In this document: one piece after another, positions 15,105 through 29,300 of the stretch
How positions within the stretch are numbered: position 1 is the first letter of the stretch
Layout of the letters: every line of letters begins with the position of its first letter
Source: Proteromonas lacertae
Lineage: Eukaryota
Direction of reading: 5' to 3'
Length of the DNA: 64,000 nt
Assembly: GCA_002245135.1 (NCBI GenBank)
Contig: NGBS01000871.1
Coordinates: forward strand, 62,001-126,000
Notes under the pieces: model-generated
What the model was told of the DNA's origin: nothing
The model's input: the letters and a program-made list of their open reading frames with translations, nothing else
The model's database searches: none
Program-made: the position numbers and the translations under genes

Positions 15105-15716
15105 ATGAGTGAAAAGAAGACAGTAATTCAACAAATGCTTGCAGGAGAGTGGTATGATCCATTTGATAAAGAATTTGAAGAAAAATTAGAAGCCACAAGA
15201 GTGTTAGTAAAGAAATTTAACGACAGTGATCCAACTGATCAAGCTAACCGTGATAAACTACTTCATGAGATATTTCCTAATTGTCCTAAACCATTTTATA
15301 TAGAACCTCCACTTCATGTTAATTTTGGTTGGAATTGTTATTTTGGAGAAGGTATTTATATAAATTTTAACTGTGTAATGAACGATCATGGTACAATAAG
15401 AATTGGTGCTAGAACTTTAATAGGTCCAAATGCTGGTTTTTATGCTGTAACTCATCCAATGAATTACAAAGAAAGAGCAACACGAAAAGTGATTGGTAAG
15501 CCAATAACGATAGGCGAAGACTGTTTTATAGGTGGAAGTGTGTCTTTTGTTCCTGGTGTTAGTGTAGGTGATAGAACAGTGATAGGAACAGGAAGTGTAG
15601 TATGTAAAGATATTCCTAGTGATTGTGTAGCAGTGGGAAATCCTTGTCATGTAATAAAGAAGTTGAATAGTGAAGAAGAAAGAGAAGAATTTGCTAATAC
15701 ATATGCCAGTACATGA
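15105..15716 (+). CDS. Maltose/galactoside O-acetyltransferase (Maa/LacA family, hexapeptide repeat), intronless
   Basis: Motifs QMLAGEWYDP, IEPPLHVNFGWN, KPITIGEDCFIGG, GVSVGDRTVIGTGSVVCKDIP and VAVGNPC. Confidence 0.92.
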   Translation: MSEKKTVIQQMLAGEWYDPFDKEFEEKLEATRVLVKKFNDSDPTDQANRDKLLHEIFPNCPKPFYIEPPLHVNFGWNCYFGEGIYINFNCVMNDHGTIRIGARTLIGPNAGFYAVTHPMNYKERATRKVIGKPITIGEDCFIGGSVSFVPGVSVGDRTVIGTGSVVCKDIPSDCVAVGNPCHVIKKLNSEEEREEFANTYAST

Positions 15717-15948
15717 TTATAATTAAAATTCTATATTAAGGAAATGCTATTTTTATTTTGAATTTTTATAATATGTATTACTAATGTATCAAGTTTATAA
15801 ATAATTTGTTGTTTTATTCTCAACATTTAATACTTTTTAAATTCAGGTGAATAAATTTCGGTTTTCTGTTATCATAAAACGAATATAATTTTTGAATATT
15901 TTTTCGTTACTTTTGTTGTATATCAAAGAGTAAAGCAATTATCAGTAA

Positions 15949-18900
15949 ATGGATAGTAGAAGTATATTCTATATATCATTATTTCTATTTGCATAGAATC
16001 AGGAAATCTAAATTCAAAAGATAAAGCTAAAAGGCTTTTGAATAATATGTATCCTGTTACTATTGGTAGTAAACCGAAAGTAGTAACGTATATAAAACAT
16101 TATTACTGTTTTAATAGAGGTTCTCATTCATTAACAAATTTGGGCAATAGTAATTTCATATTTCCAGATCCAAACCCACTAAATTTGTCGTATAATGCAC
16201 CAGGTAGAGTCAGGGTATTTTTGTTTATATATTTACGTTTAGAAATCTTTTACTACAGATTCAATATCTGTTAATAGAAGAAATAAAATGGGTTCAACAG
16301 AATTACCTTCAATAGAAATTCCAGAACCACAGTTAATGGTATTTTTGAATTATTTGTTAATACAATAGGGTACTGCTGCATATACATATGTTCCAACTCG
16401 AAAGCATGTCAAACAATTAAATAAAAACATGATGAGGATAAATGATATAGCAAATAGATTAATCGATTTACCATCTGAAACTGAAGAAGAAAAAGAGGTA
16501 TTACCATTACTACAATTCAATACAAAAACCGATAAAACATTTCTAACAGAATATTACAATGCAAAAGATGAAGTTAATTCTAATTACAAATTTGATGATG
16601 ATGTTGTTGATTATTATGATCATTGTAAAGTGTTACAGAGTATTATATTTGAGCAAAAATATTTAAATACAACACTAGCTGATCTTAGTTCATTAATAAT
16701 CGATCAATATAACGAAGAAGGTGAGTTGATTTTCAATGTTAAAGAGTATTATAATAACATATTTTTGATGATGAATAAATCACATATTGAATTATATAAT
16801 AATTATTTGAAGAGTTTAGAAGAGATTCGATGTAAGAATGATAAATTAAATGAATTATTGGCAAGAGAACATGAAGTAGAAGATAGATATAAAATCATAT
16901 TTGAAAATCACAAAATAGAATTTGAAAAAGACTTTAAGATAAAAATGGATAAATTAAAACAAGAATTAGCTGAATCTCAAGATAGAGAAAGTCGTAGTGT
17001 TGAAGCACTTCATAATTTAAATAATTTATTTACAGATATGAAGGCAGATTCAAATGCAATTCGAACTCAGAATTTATATGAAGCTATTAGATCAATGCAG
17101 AAGAAATTGGAAGATTCTGCAAGTGAATTAGGTTTATTAAGGTTGTTACCACACAAATTAAAAGAATGTGATGAAGAAATTGATAGATTATCAAAAGAAT
17201 TAAACAAAACCAAAGAACATGAAGAATATTTAGAGAATGAACTTCAAAATCGAACTGAATTGTGCAAATCATTAGTTTTAAGAGAAAGTGGAAGATTAAG
17301 TGCAATAGAAAGTGCTTTAGAACGTTATAAGCACGGTGCTGATTTAAAAGCAACTAAAGAATTAGATAAAGCATTAAAAGATGCAAGAGTAGATATAGAA
17401 AAAGCTGGAGCTGGTTATAATATCTTAGCGAAAAGACCAGTAGGAAATACAGTGTTTTGTTTACGTTGTTCTCAAGAATTAGATGAAAGTAGAAGGACAG
17501 TAGAAGAGATGTTACAAAGAGAAAAAGAGAAAGAATATCAACAGATTAATTGTTTAGCTTTTAGATTATTATTACCAAACTTAGAGGATTTTAGTCCAAT
17601 TAAAACATTGAAATGGACTGTGAGATTGATTAGATCTATATTGAGATGTAAAAGAGTATATATATATATTATTTTATAATTAATTGTTGAATAGAAAGAT
17701 GATATTTTACATTTGCAACATAATATTCCATTAGTCAAATTCCCTGAATATGTTTATGACTATTTCCAACCATCAAGTGATTATTTAGCGAATAGTGGTT
17801 ATGATAAAGATACTTTATTATATGAAGCTGATGAACAAAGGTATAATAATAATAATATATATATATATATATATAATAGATGGACTTTCTACAATAGTCT
17901 AAACAAATTCCGTAAAGAATATATTGAAGTTTCAATATTTTTCCACTTATTGAATGAAGATTATAAATTAGATGATGCTAGATTCATATTATATGTATAT
18001 GAAGCTATAGAAAGCCAATATGCAATAGATTATGTTTCAAGAGAAGATTTTGATAATTATGATGAATTACATTTGATTATAAGTGATGAAGATCAATCTC
18101 TAGATACTCCTGATGTATTATATATTCCATTAGATGAGGCTAATGTTGTTATTAATAATGTAATGAATAGAGCCTCATCCAGTGCAAAGGAATTACCTTT
18201 AGGAAAAATCTTTAAAAAATCAGTAAGTTTGAATGATGAGAATATAAAAATAGATAATAAATACAGAACGAAAGGATCAAAGAAAGCTGTAAATTATGCT
18301 GATGTTATTGATGTATTAATCTATGAATATCGTCAAGAACAAGCTTTAAGAAGAGGTACAATACAATCGATGTTTGACACAGCAACAACACCTTTACCAT
18401 CCAATAGCTCAAAGATAAGTCAAGATAATCCAGCTGGTAGAGTTCCAATAACTTTAGTACAATTTATTACCATTGTTAAGAATTTGAATAATACAATTGA
18501 ATTGAGTGAAATATTGAATTTATATCGTTTAAGTTACAAATTGGGTCATACAGTAGTGAATTATGAATCGTTTATGGATGCTTGTGAAATTAGTCAATTC
18601 TTTGTGAAATCTTTAAGATTACCACATTTTATTAATGGTTATATATTACATAGAATGGATTCTGATACAGTATATATATTTATATATTTATTTATTTAAA
18701 ATAGAAAAGAAGTTTAGCATTCTTAATCAGGGAGCATTACACCTTATACAAACCAACACTACTAAGAGTTTTAACAAATTTACACTTATCAAAATGTGAA
18801 ATAGCAATAATAAATAGATGGATATTAGTATTAGAAGATGAATTACAAAATGATGGTGTTGGTTGGAATGTGGATGGTACAAAAACATTATCATTATATA

Positions 18901-19600
18901 GACATGTGTTAGATACGATGAGTGAAATTACAACTAATAAATACGAATCAATTGGGGAAGAAAACGATCCTTATCGTGTTACAGAAATAGAAAATGAATT
19001 GACACACAAAGTTAAAGCTTTAATAACTCGTAGAAATGCTGGTGATGAGATGAAATATTATAATATAAAGAAGAATATTAAAAGTAGACTTATTCAAATG
19101 GCTTATCATAAATTGAGAAGTGAAATTAGAAGTGTTCCAATTAATGTAAGGCCTTTAATGAGTAAAGAATATATGCTAACTAAGAAATTCAAAGAACCTT
19201 GGGGAAAACCATTAGAAGAAAGATTTATTCCAACTTTAATCAGTCAAATTTATAATTTCCAAATTCAATTAATATGTGGAAATCCATCTCAAATTTTATC
19301 TCTAAGAGAAGTAACTGTTTATTATTTTATTACATTGTTTGGTATAAGATCAATCGCTGAAAGATATGTTGATGAATTCTTTAGAGGTTTAAAGAATGTA
19401 TGTAATAGTAATCCAAGAGTGAAATTATATATATTAATGTTAGGGTATATTCTATTATTATTATTATTATTATTATATTATAGTGATATTTCATCATTTT
19501 CATTTATTTATCCACAAAGTCAGTTATTAATATTTGGAATGAAACATACATTTAATTTCTTCTTGAAATGTTTATCTTTAATTGAAGCTTTCTTAGAATG

Positions 19601-19631
<31 letters not shown>

Positions 19632-20416
19632 AATAGTGTCACATTCAAAAACAATACAACCTTCAACAGCCAAAGAAATATGTGCTACAATTTGTAAAAG
19701 TATATTTTTGTTTTTTTGTAATATTTATATTTATAGATTGGAAATCATCTGATATAGTTTCACTTCATAAAGTATTTGACAAAACATTTGAAGATAACAA
19801 TACCATAGAACCTGATGAATTCTTATTGTTCATTTGTAGTGAATATGTACAAGAATATTTAAGACAATCTGGAAATCTAAAAAGTCTTTTTAAACTAGAA
19901 GAAATGACATGTGATAAAGATATAATGATTGATAATTTAGTTCATGCAGTAAAAGAGTTTCATGAAGGTTATGACTTAACTAATGTTTATAATATATTAA
20001 GAGAAACATATGTGTTATATGATAGAGGTAAATTAACAATAAATGAGTTTATTAAAATCTGTGAAAAGTACAATGTAATTGAAATATCAATGGATCATAT
20101 TGAATATCATGGTTTGCCAAGACATACAAAATCAATGTGGAATTTGTTGATTAGTAGTTGGAATATATTTAAAGATATAGTGAATGATGCAATAGTGAAA
20201 TTGAAATCAAATCCACATGCCGTAGTTAGATCAAATGAAGCTGTTTTTAAAGCTCAAACTGCTTTACAAAGATTGAAATCTAATTCGTTGAAAATAACCA
20301 GTTCTTTAAAACAATTTACTGAAAATGAAGTTGATTGTGAATTTGTAGAACAACAATGGCTTTTATATCGAAAGATTATCAAAGATACTTGTTTGACATT
20401 CGATTTAATTGAATAA
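15949..20416 (+). CDS. Large uncharacterised multi-exon protein: N-terminal coiled coil, CxxC, helical/EF-hand-like C-terminal repeats
   Basis: Consecutive + ORFs are joined by short GT-AG introns. Coiled coil at about 16800-17400, CLRC, and a YFITLFGIRSIAERY...NPRVKLYILMLG motif with weak TSNAXIP1-like resemblance. Confidence 0.65.
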
Positions 20417-20544
20417 TTAATAAATATATATTTTAATATGTTTTTTTCTTTCATTTCATCTTGTAACATTAAGCAAAACACATCATCTGCAAAAGATTTC
20501 AATAACAATTGAAAAACATCATTCAAACTGATAATCAAGCCTAT

Positions 20545-21526
20545 ATGATTGAATTGATTAGTTTATGTGGTATACCAGCATCTGGTAAGTCAACCACTAT
20601 AAATAAATATATAAATTACATAAAAGAAGTGAAATACCCAATCAATATAATAGTCATTTGTTTTGATTTAATAGAAAGTGCATTTCAAGAGAGTATATTG
20701 AATATATAAACTATTTAGAGATATGGGATGTAGGAAAATGGCATATATCAAGAGAAAAATGTTTAGATTACATAAATGAGATAGTTCAGTCCATAAAAGA
20801 ACACTCCAGTTTAGAATTATGTAATGGAATAAATGGAATAAATATATACAAAAGTGAAACAGAAAGTGAAGATTATGTGATAATTTATGATGATAATATG
20901 TATTTAAGTTCAATGAGAAAAGAAATTTACCATATTGCTTTAAAATGTATATATAATAATGATTACAAAATATATTATTGTAGATGAATGTAGTTATGGG
21001 ATAATTTATTTTGAAGTTGAATTAAACAAAGCTAAAGAAAGAAACAAAAGTAGAGAAAATGTAGTCAATGAAAATATAATCGAACGAATGAATGAAAGAA
21101 TTGAAATTCCATGTAATAGTAACAAATTTGAAGAGAATATTCTAATATTTGATGTTAAAAAATCGAATATTGATTTAATTCACAATTTCGTTCTTTCAAT
21201 AATTAATAAACCGGTTTTGCCATTTTATTCTGATGAAGAAATAAAAATAAAAGTATTTTATTATATGTATAGGTTTATTATTCGAATAGAAAACGAGAGA
21301 TGAAGAATCTCGAAATAATTTAATTCATCAATTTGATCTAAAAATGAGAAGTATTATATCTGAAGAATTTAAAAATAATAAAATAAATAAAGATAAAAGT
21401 AAGAGAATATCAAATTTAAAAGGTGAAACATTAAAAGAACTTCATAAATATTCAATTACTGATGATTCAATAAATGATTTGGAAACAGAGTTTGTAGCTA
21501 AATTAAACAGAATAATAAAAGAATGA
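20545..21526 (+). CDS. PSTK: L-seryl-tRNA(Sec) kinase-like P-loop kinase, spliced
   Basis: LCGIPASGKST P-loop, IIYDDNMYLSSMRKEIY, AKERNKSR, ERMNERIEIP and IHQFDLKMRSIIS. Confidence 0.78.
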
Positions 21527-21740
21527 CACACATTATTTAAATAGTTTATGAGTGTTGTGTAGTTTTTTTCTAGTTAATTTATAATTAAATTGAAATTACG
21601 ATATGTTCATTCATAAAATAGTTATTTATATGTTTTATATTTGTGTAATTTCTATGTATATACTAAAAACAAATAAAATAAACATATAGGATACTAATTA
21701 CATTGTAGTTACATTTACACTATTAATATTATAACAAACA

Positions 21741-24700
21741 TTACTCAATTTCCGAATGAAATTCTATTATGAATTTAGATGTGAATCTAGGATTTCTACA
21801 AGCTCCATCGACTTCATTTACAGGAAAACTCATCTCACTTGACATACAACTATTACATATTACATAATATATATAAAATATATATATACTAAGGATGTAA
21901 CCATATAAACAACAAATTACTCACTTCAAATTTAAACTCAGAATCTACAGAAATATTGGGTTGTAAGTCAAAATGCCTTTCATTATTAAATTCAAATGTT
22001 TCACTTTCATATAACACTTTTCCTTCATAATTTGTAATTCTGAATGTATTTCTTAATCTTATCAAAGAAGGCATATTATATAATTTGATGTATTTAATTG
22101 TGACTTTCTTTTTAAATTGATCTCTTAATATAGGAACATAATTTTCAGGATTTAGTTTTAACAATCTATTTTTGAGAGAATTTAAATCTCTATCATTTAT
22201 TTTTGATGAAATGATAGAAGCATTTGTTCTAACAGATGCTCTTGTTGACATTCCACCAATATTTGAAGCAGGAGGAGATTGTCTAATTGATATTACACTT
22301 TGTGGATGTGATATTAAAATGGATCTTAAATCTTTTACAGGTTCATCAGATGCTGAACTAATGCTATTCTTTTTGATATTATTATTTGTCATTGCAACAT
22401 TCAAATGAGGTGATGGAAGTGGTGGTGGTGGAAATGATAATAATGATGATGAAGATACAGGAGGAGGAGGAACAGGAGAATGAGTAGGAGAATGAGCTGA
22501 GATTTGGTTAGGTAAATTCTGTTCAGATGAAAATTTGGTAGTATGTAATGGTGAAGACAAATTGTTATTACTCTCTGGAAATGAAGATAAATTATTATGT
22601 TGTAGTTGTGGTGATAGTTGTTGATTTTGTATTAATGCTGGATGAGTAGAATTATTCCATAACTGATTATTCATACTTGAATTATACGAATCACTAAAAC
22701 TACTTCTAAAGCTAGTATTATTATCTTCAAATGAAACTTTCTCAATAGAATCTATTAATTCAGGATTCTCTAATAATATATCATAAAATTCATTTAATAA
22801 TCTTTCATAGTAATGAACAAATCGAATTTGACTTGGACCACTTACTCCTTGATGTTTTGTTGTTGATTTCTTTTCATTTTCTTCAATTGTTATAGAAACA
22901 TCTGTCGAAGAATCTGATCCATAAGTTCTTTTATTCTTAAATAATTCTAATGCTTCATCAGCTGTCTTACAAACACCACTGTTTATCAAATAAGCACAAA
23001 TCATACAACCAGTTCTTCCTTTTCCTCCTTTACAATGAACAGCTATTACATTCTGTGGACTTGTTCTTAAGTAATACTCAGCATCTGTTGCAAATTTATG
23101 CATTGTATATATTTGAGGAACATTATGATCAGGAATTGGATATTTCCTAACATGACCATGAAAATAGTGAATATTATAGTCTCTTTCATTACACAGATTA
23201 TAGATTCTATAACAATCTGGATGTTTTGTATCAAAGAATCTAGCAACTTCTTTGATTGGATTTCTATACAGACTTTCAACTCTTTCTGAAGGTAATGACA
23301 TTGCTATACATCTTGGTGTTATATAAGTCAAATCTAAATCAAATCCATCTTGTTGATATCTTCTTTTATTCTGACTAACTAAATGCTTTGACTTTTTAAT
23401 TAATCTCTTTCTGCTTCTTAATCCTTTTGTAACAGCTGCAATACCACCTCTTATAATTGTAACTACTGTGAATACTATTGTTATTGTATTAGTGTCTTTG
23501 TTGAATAAATCTTCATAGATAATAACAATAATTGTGAGAATAATTGTAGCAGCAGAGAGAATAAAACATAAATAATCTGCTAATTCAACTTTTTTAAATC
23601 CATAAATATATACTCTGAGTAAAAATTCAATTGTATATAAAATCGAAGCAACAAGATTAAATAATGCACAAAGTAAAAATGCATGTGTTAAAAGATAGGA
23701 TGGAATATACGAAAGAACAGCAAGAACTGTAATTAAATATAATACCACTTGAACGGGTAAAGAATCCAACACTTTTTGGATTTTATAATGTTTTGTCTGT
23801 GGTTTTGCATTAACATTTATTTCTTGTCTCTATATATACCATTATTTAAAACAATAATAAATATTATATATATATATACTCCGATCTGTTTTCCTATATA
23901 ATCAAATATTTGATTCTGAGATATTACACCACTGATTCCACTTGAACCTTCTTCCACTAATAAGACATGATTATTCTATTAAATATATTAAGAATTATAT
24001 ATATATACCACTCTTTCCATTCTTCTCAAACACTGTAACAATGTTGCTGAAGTACTTATTGTATTTAACATATCATCCTCTTCAATATTTATAATATCAG
24101 ACAACTAATAAAAACAAATAGTAAAATAGTATATAAATATATACAATTAAATCATCAGGTAATTTCCCAGATATTAATACTTTCTTTGTTATATCTGTTC
24201 TTGTTAGTGAAGTTCTATATGTAGTATTATGTGTAACAAGTATAGAGTCACAGCTATTTATTTATTTATAAATATTATTAAATGAATAAGATTATACTGA
24301 TGATGATATAACAAATATATAGCTTCTTTTACTTTTTTATTATCTTCAAGTATTAAGAATGTCTTTTGATAAATATCACGAACGAGGCTGTTTCTATTTG
24401 AATAATATTAACTAAACATTTAATTATACAGTGGATCTTTATTATATGATTCTTTATAGTGAAAAAGAAGGAAAAATTAAAGATTTAGCTTTATGTTTTT
24501 CTATCTAAAAAATGATATATTCTCACAAAATTCAAGATCATCTGGAGATAATACTGAAGAGCACTATACATTAAAAAATTAAACAAACAAAAAGAAATGT
24601 GAATTATACCTCATCACTTACTCCATTCGAAACATAACAGTCTTGATGTATTTCTATATTAATATTATTAATTATATATACTTTGTGATGAAAAGTTCAC

Positions 24701-24930
24701 AACAGGAGGAGTAATATAACTACTTAAATATCTACAAAATAAATATAGTTGTATTACCCATTATTTTCTTCTTGTATTTCATCAAAATGTCTATTAAAAT
24801 AAACAGAGAAAAAAATACATTCTGAACTGTTCGATTTGCGGATTGTTCATTTGCTCTGACCTATATATACAAATGATGATTATATATACGAAGAGTAAGC
24901 CACACCTTTTGATTGTTCAGAAATACTCAT
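21741..24930 (-). CDS. CBS-pair / voltage-sensor / PTEN-like phosphatase / C2 protein (VSP/TPTE-like copy 1)
   Basis: LVSQNKRRYQQDGFDLDLTYIT, DHNVP, HCKGGKGRTG and S2 YTIEFLLR. CBS pair in exons at about 23880-24390. C2 tail EVDGACRNPRF. Confidence 0.88.
24459..24518 (-). other. U12-type AT-AC intron (60 nt) in VSP copy 1
   Basis: 5' ATATCATTT, branch-like TCTTTAAT, 3' AC. Removal gives EFCEN|YKESYNKDPL in frame and removes a TAG. Confidence 0.7.
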
Positions 24931-25002
24931 TTTTTTTATTCAAACCTCTCAAGCATTATTGATTATTGTTTTTTGAGTTGTAATGCCACAAACAAATTTA
25001 AA

Positions 25003-26117
25003 TTATTTCGACATACTTTCATGTATTTTTAAACAAATTAAATACAAAGGGGATGGATAAAAGACTATATTACCTTCACAATCCAATTGAAAATAGGGTC
25101 TATCGATTTCTAATATGAATTGCTCTTTAGTCATACCAGTTGTATCAATTTCAAATCGATCAGAAGGTACAACATTTGGTACTTGAAGAAGTGTGTAGTT
25201 TAGTATACTATTTGCATCTTCTTTTGGTATTTGCTTCCTTGACTGAAGTGCAGAGAGTAAAGGTAATATTATCTTATAAAAATCAGGAGAAGTAGAAATG
25301 TTGTACATCAGTTGTTCCAGTGACTGTTTATATTGCTGAGATGGTAAAATAGGTTGTAGAGGAGGAATTTGTGAAGTATTTGATTGAATGGCATTAGATA
25401 AAACTGAGAGAGGAGAATAAGATGAAGTATTTGGATTAATACAATTTGGTGCATAGGAAGATGGTTGAGAATTTAATATATGTATAAACTGTTGTTGTTG
25501 TTGTTGTTGTTGTTGTTGTCGAAGTTGAAGTTGATGCATTTGTTGTATTTGCTGTTGTTCCATTACTTCTTGTCTTCTTGAAACCGCCCTTCTAGATGCA
25601 CATATATGAAATGCAGGTGATGTAATAACCCTACAACATCTATAATAACCAAGATTATTGATATCTTCCACAAAAAGGTATGTACAGAATGAATAAAGGT
25701 ATGTGTTATGTGTAGATAATGTACATGAATAATTCCAGCTGTGTAATTGAGAATTAATTTCAAATACTTTGTGATTTACAATTTCAATACTTGGATAGAA
25801 TGGAGCTGATTCGTTTTCTTTTGATTTTACTTTGCTAATTAGAATAGTGTCTCCTTCTTTAATTTGGGATTTGTTACCTCCATACAAGCAGAATTGACCA
25901 TATACGAACATCTTGTCATTTACTACATCTTCACTATCTAATATCACTTTAACAGATTGTCCACAAAATCCACTCTCCTATAAATATAAAAAATGAGGTA
26001 CTATACTCGATGACGTGTAACACAATGATCTGGGAAGCAGAGTATATGTTTTTGGTTCTTACTTTTGTTATTTCTTCGGTAATTCAGTTTCCATTGTATA
26101 TTTGGATCAAAATGCAT
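25003..26117 (-). CDS. Uncharacterised protein with a Cys/His-containing N-terminal domain and polyQ tract (putative transcription factor)
   Basis: Spliced N-terminus WKLNYRRNNKSKNQKHILCFPDHCVTRHRESGFCGQSV, later WNYS and SPAFHICASRR, then a Q-rich and P/S-rich region. Confidence 0.65.
25490..25519. repeat. (CAA)n microsatellite encoding polyglutamine
   Basis: A tgt-tgt-tgt run on + corresponds to QQQQQQQQQQ in the 25003-25947 ORF. Confidence 0.85.
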
Positions 26118-26389
26118 GAGTTGCTAGATTTCTTTTGTTAAGGTTGGACAAAAAAACAATCGTTTAAAGGTTGTAAATACTTTTTTTCTTCTTCATGTTT
26201 ACACTAGCTGTGTGGAATTATTGAATAAAATACTGCCAATTATAGATATAAACCTATTTGGAGTGATAAAGAAAGACGTACTGTCAATAATCTTCTTCAG
26301 TACTTTTATTTTCTCTATATATCAACAATTCAAATATAGAATAACTTAAATAATATATTAGCTAATATTAAATAATGGTTTAAATAATT

Positions 26390-29300
26390 CTATAATTCAC
26401 CAGGCAGATTTACTTCGTTATTCCCAGACACATTTATATGAACAGTTCCAGCATCTCTTTCTGATAGTGCTATTTTATTTTTGGCATTCATACTGTTTTG
26501 AATTGCTTTCGAAACATCATTCTCTTTCTGTGAAGTTGCTGCTATAGGAGATGAAAATCTGCCTGGTGATTTTATTGAGTTGGTATTTCCAAATATATTA
26601 TCGCTGTTCTTTTTCACTATATAAGTGTTATTCTCTCCTGTAGAGCATTTTTTCAATTCTTTTGTTGTATTATCATTTTCTTTCGTTTCTATCTTCTCAA
26701 CAATAGATGTAACTACCCTATTTGGAGGATCAACTATTTCCAAATATATATATTCAATATATAAATACAATATTCATTTACAAATACTGTCTTTCTATCC
26801 AAATATACTCTTTCTGCGATTGCTTTCTTTATCTTTTCATCCAAAAATGTATAAGCAGAAAACCAATCATTCACTTCTTCAGCTTTTACTCCTAAATCTG
26901 ATTTTATGAAATTATGAAAGTTATTATCAATTATTAATTTTTCCATCTCAATCTTTGCAGGTTTAAACATTGAAACATCACCTGGAGTAGTTTTTATTCT
27001 TTCACTTAGTTTGCTCTTCATTGATGCATTTATATTAATTTCACATTCTGAACAATCTTTAATAAACTTATTATATATTTCTTTACAATATTTTTCTTTC
27101 TGTTCTTCACTTAATTCATCTTCTATACTTTCTAACTCATTCACTGTTTCCCAAAAGACTATACTTTCTTCTTGAAGACATTTGGTCATATAAGCTTTCA
27201 TATATGATCTTGTGATTGGATCATTAAATATAATCGTTGAAGAAGGAATACCTCTTTCATCATCAGTAGTTTGGGTTGTTGTTTCTTGAGCTTCATCTTG
27301 TATCTTCTTATTCTTCTTTATTATGATTATTGGGAAGAAGAAATGGGATGATAATGTAAATAGAAAGATGAATATATATTGAATTAAAAAATCTGCAAAT
27401 AAATCCAGTTTTTCTCCTAGCGCAACATATACTATAGTAAGAACAACTACAACAACGGTTTGAATTCCAATTATGTATATTGTCTTCCTAACTCTTTTAA
27501 TCATATCTTTTCCAGAAGATATTATTTTATATACATAATACAAATTAATTACACTTACAATAAACTATAAAATAATGATAAATATAAGAATAAATACTAT
27601 CGGAATAGCAGGATAAAACACTGCTACACATCTCTCATAACTAATATCAAATCCATTTACATTTTTAGTTACATTATCAGAAAAGTCATGCCATATACCA
27701 AAGAAGCAACATTGAACAAAGAAATATAAAACTAAAACTCTTAACAGAACAACTGATGGTCTTGTAAATAACACACTTACTTTTGCATATTTCTAAATAG
27801 ATATAAATGATATATAGAGAAATATACAATATTGTAAATATAAAGAATTGCAGTATGAATTCCTTGAGTTAATAAAACAGATACTACCATAAAAATAGCA
27901 TGAGCAAAACATATTTCATCCATACCAGAAGATATTGATGTTGAAAAGAAAATACTAGCAATTATCAACAAAACCATCATTAAATAGTAATATGAAGGTG
28001 GTAATCTATCTCTGAAATGAGACTTTTTAATAATAGAATGTATAATTAAATAAACAATAAATAAAACTTCCATAATTATCATCACTATTACTACTGGCCA
28101 TAACCAATCACTATCAAAATAATTATCTAATTAAATAATAACTCAGAATAAAGAATACTGCATTCTATTTGTTGTGTTCCTGGTAATGATACTCCTAATT
28201 GACAGATAAGACTGTCATTCCAAAAAAAATGAACATTTCTATGAAATGATTCGCATTTTGTATCTAATAAAGCATAATAATTTGTTTCTTTACAGCTATA
28301 ATCAGTTTGATTCAATGATACAACTAATGATTCATAGCAATTACTATTTTCGCCATTTGTATCAAAAGCAACACTATTTCTTTCACCATATAAATCTTTC
28401 ATTAAATAACTCAATTTAATCGATGTATGTGGTTGTAATACTCCTTCGCTAGGTATTGTTATTATATTTGCTTTTGGATATTTCAAATTCCATCTTAATA
28501 CATAATCTCCAGTATTAAATAATTCAGTATCACCTATAGTAATATTCACTTTTTTCTTATCTATTGATTCGGCAAAATTAAATGGAATTTTTGATGGTTT
28601 CATTTCCCATGATGCTGTTAATTCATCAACTGGTATAGCTACTAATAATATGCTACCAACTAAATCTGATTTTTTCCATTGTACATGATATGTTATTCCA
28701 TTGCTAGCATGAATGATTACATAATTTACTCTACTTTTTATTGCTGTATATACTTCAGAAAAACCACTTTCACTATACTCTAAAGTTTTAATTGGAGTTG
28801 AATGTTGCATTTCTGCTATTGTCATTTTCTTGCCCATCATTATTTCAATTGATTCTTCAGATGCAACTGCGATTGACCCATATGTAGGAATATCATATAT
28901 ATCAGAATAAACTAAAATAGCATAAAAGCCATTCTTAGATGGTTTTCTATTCATTATTGATTCATAAAATTTATCCATTCTAAATTGAAGAGATATGAAG
29001 CCTTTTTGATTTAAAACAGTAAAGGGATCAACAAACATAGTCACAAAATAATTTAGATCACCATACATAGCAGGATAAATCCATATAGATTTTGTTGGAT
29101 TATAATCAGGAATATACTGTTTTACAGTATATTCTGTTATTTTATACAAATTTTCATTGATTTCGCAAACATGAACATCTTCAGCTGCATATCGTACTAT
29201 TTTAACATATAAATGTATAAAATACTTGACATTGGGTTATCTTCTCCAGCAGTAATAGCCATGCTTATACATCCTTCAACTACTCTATTGATTGTTCTTA

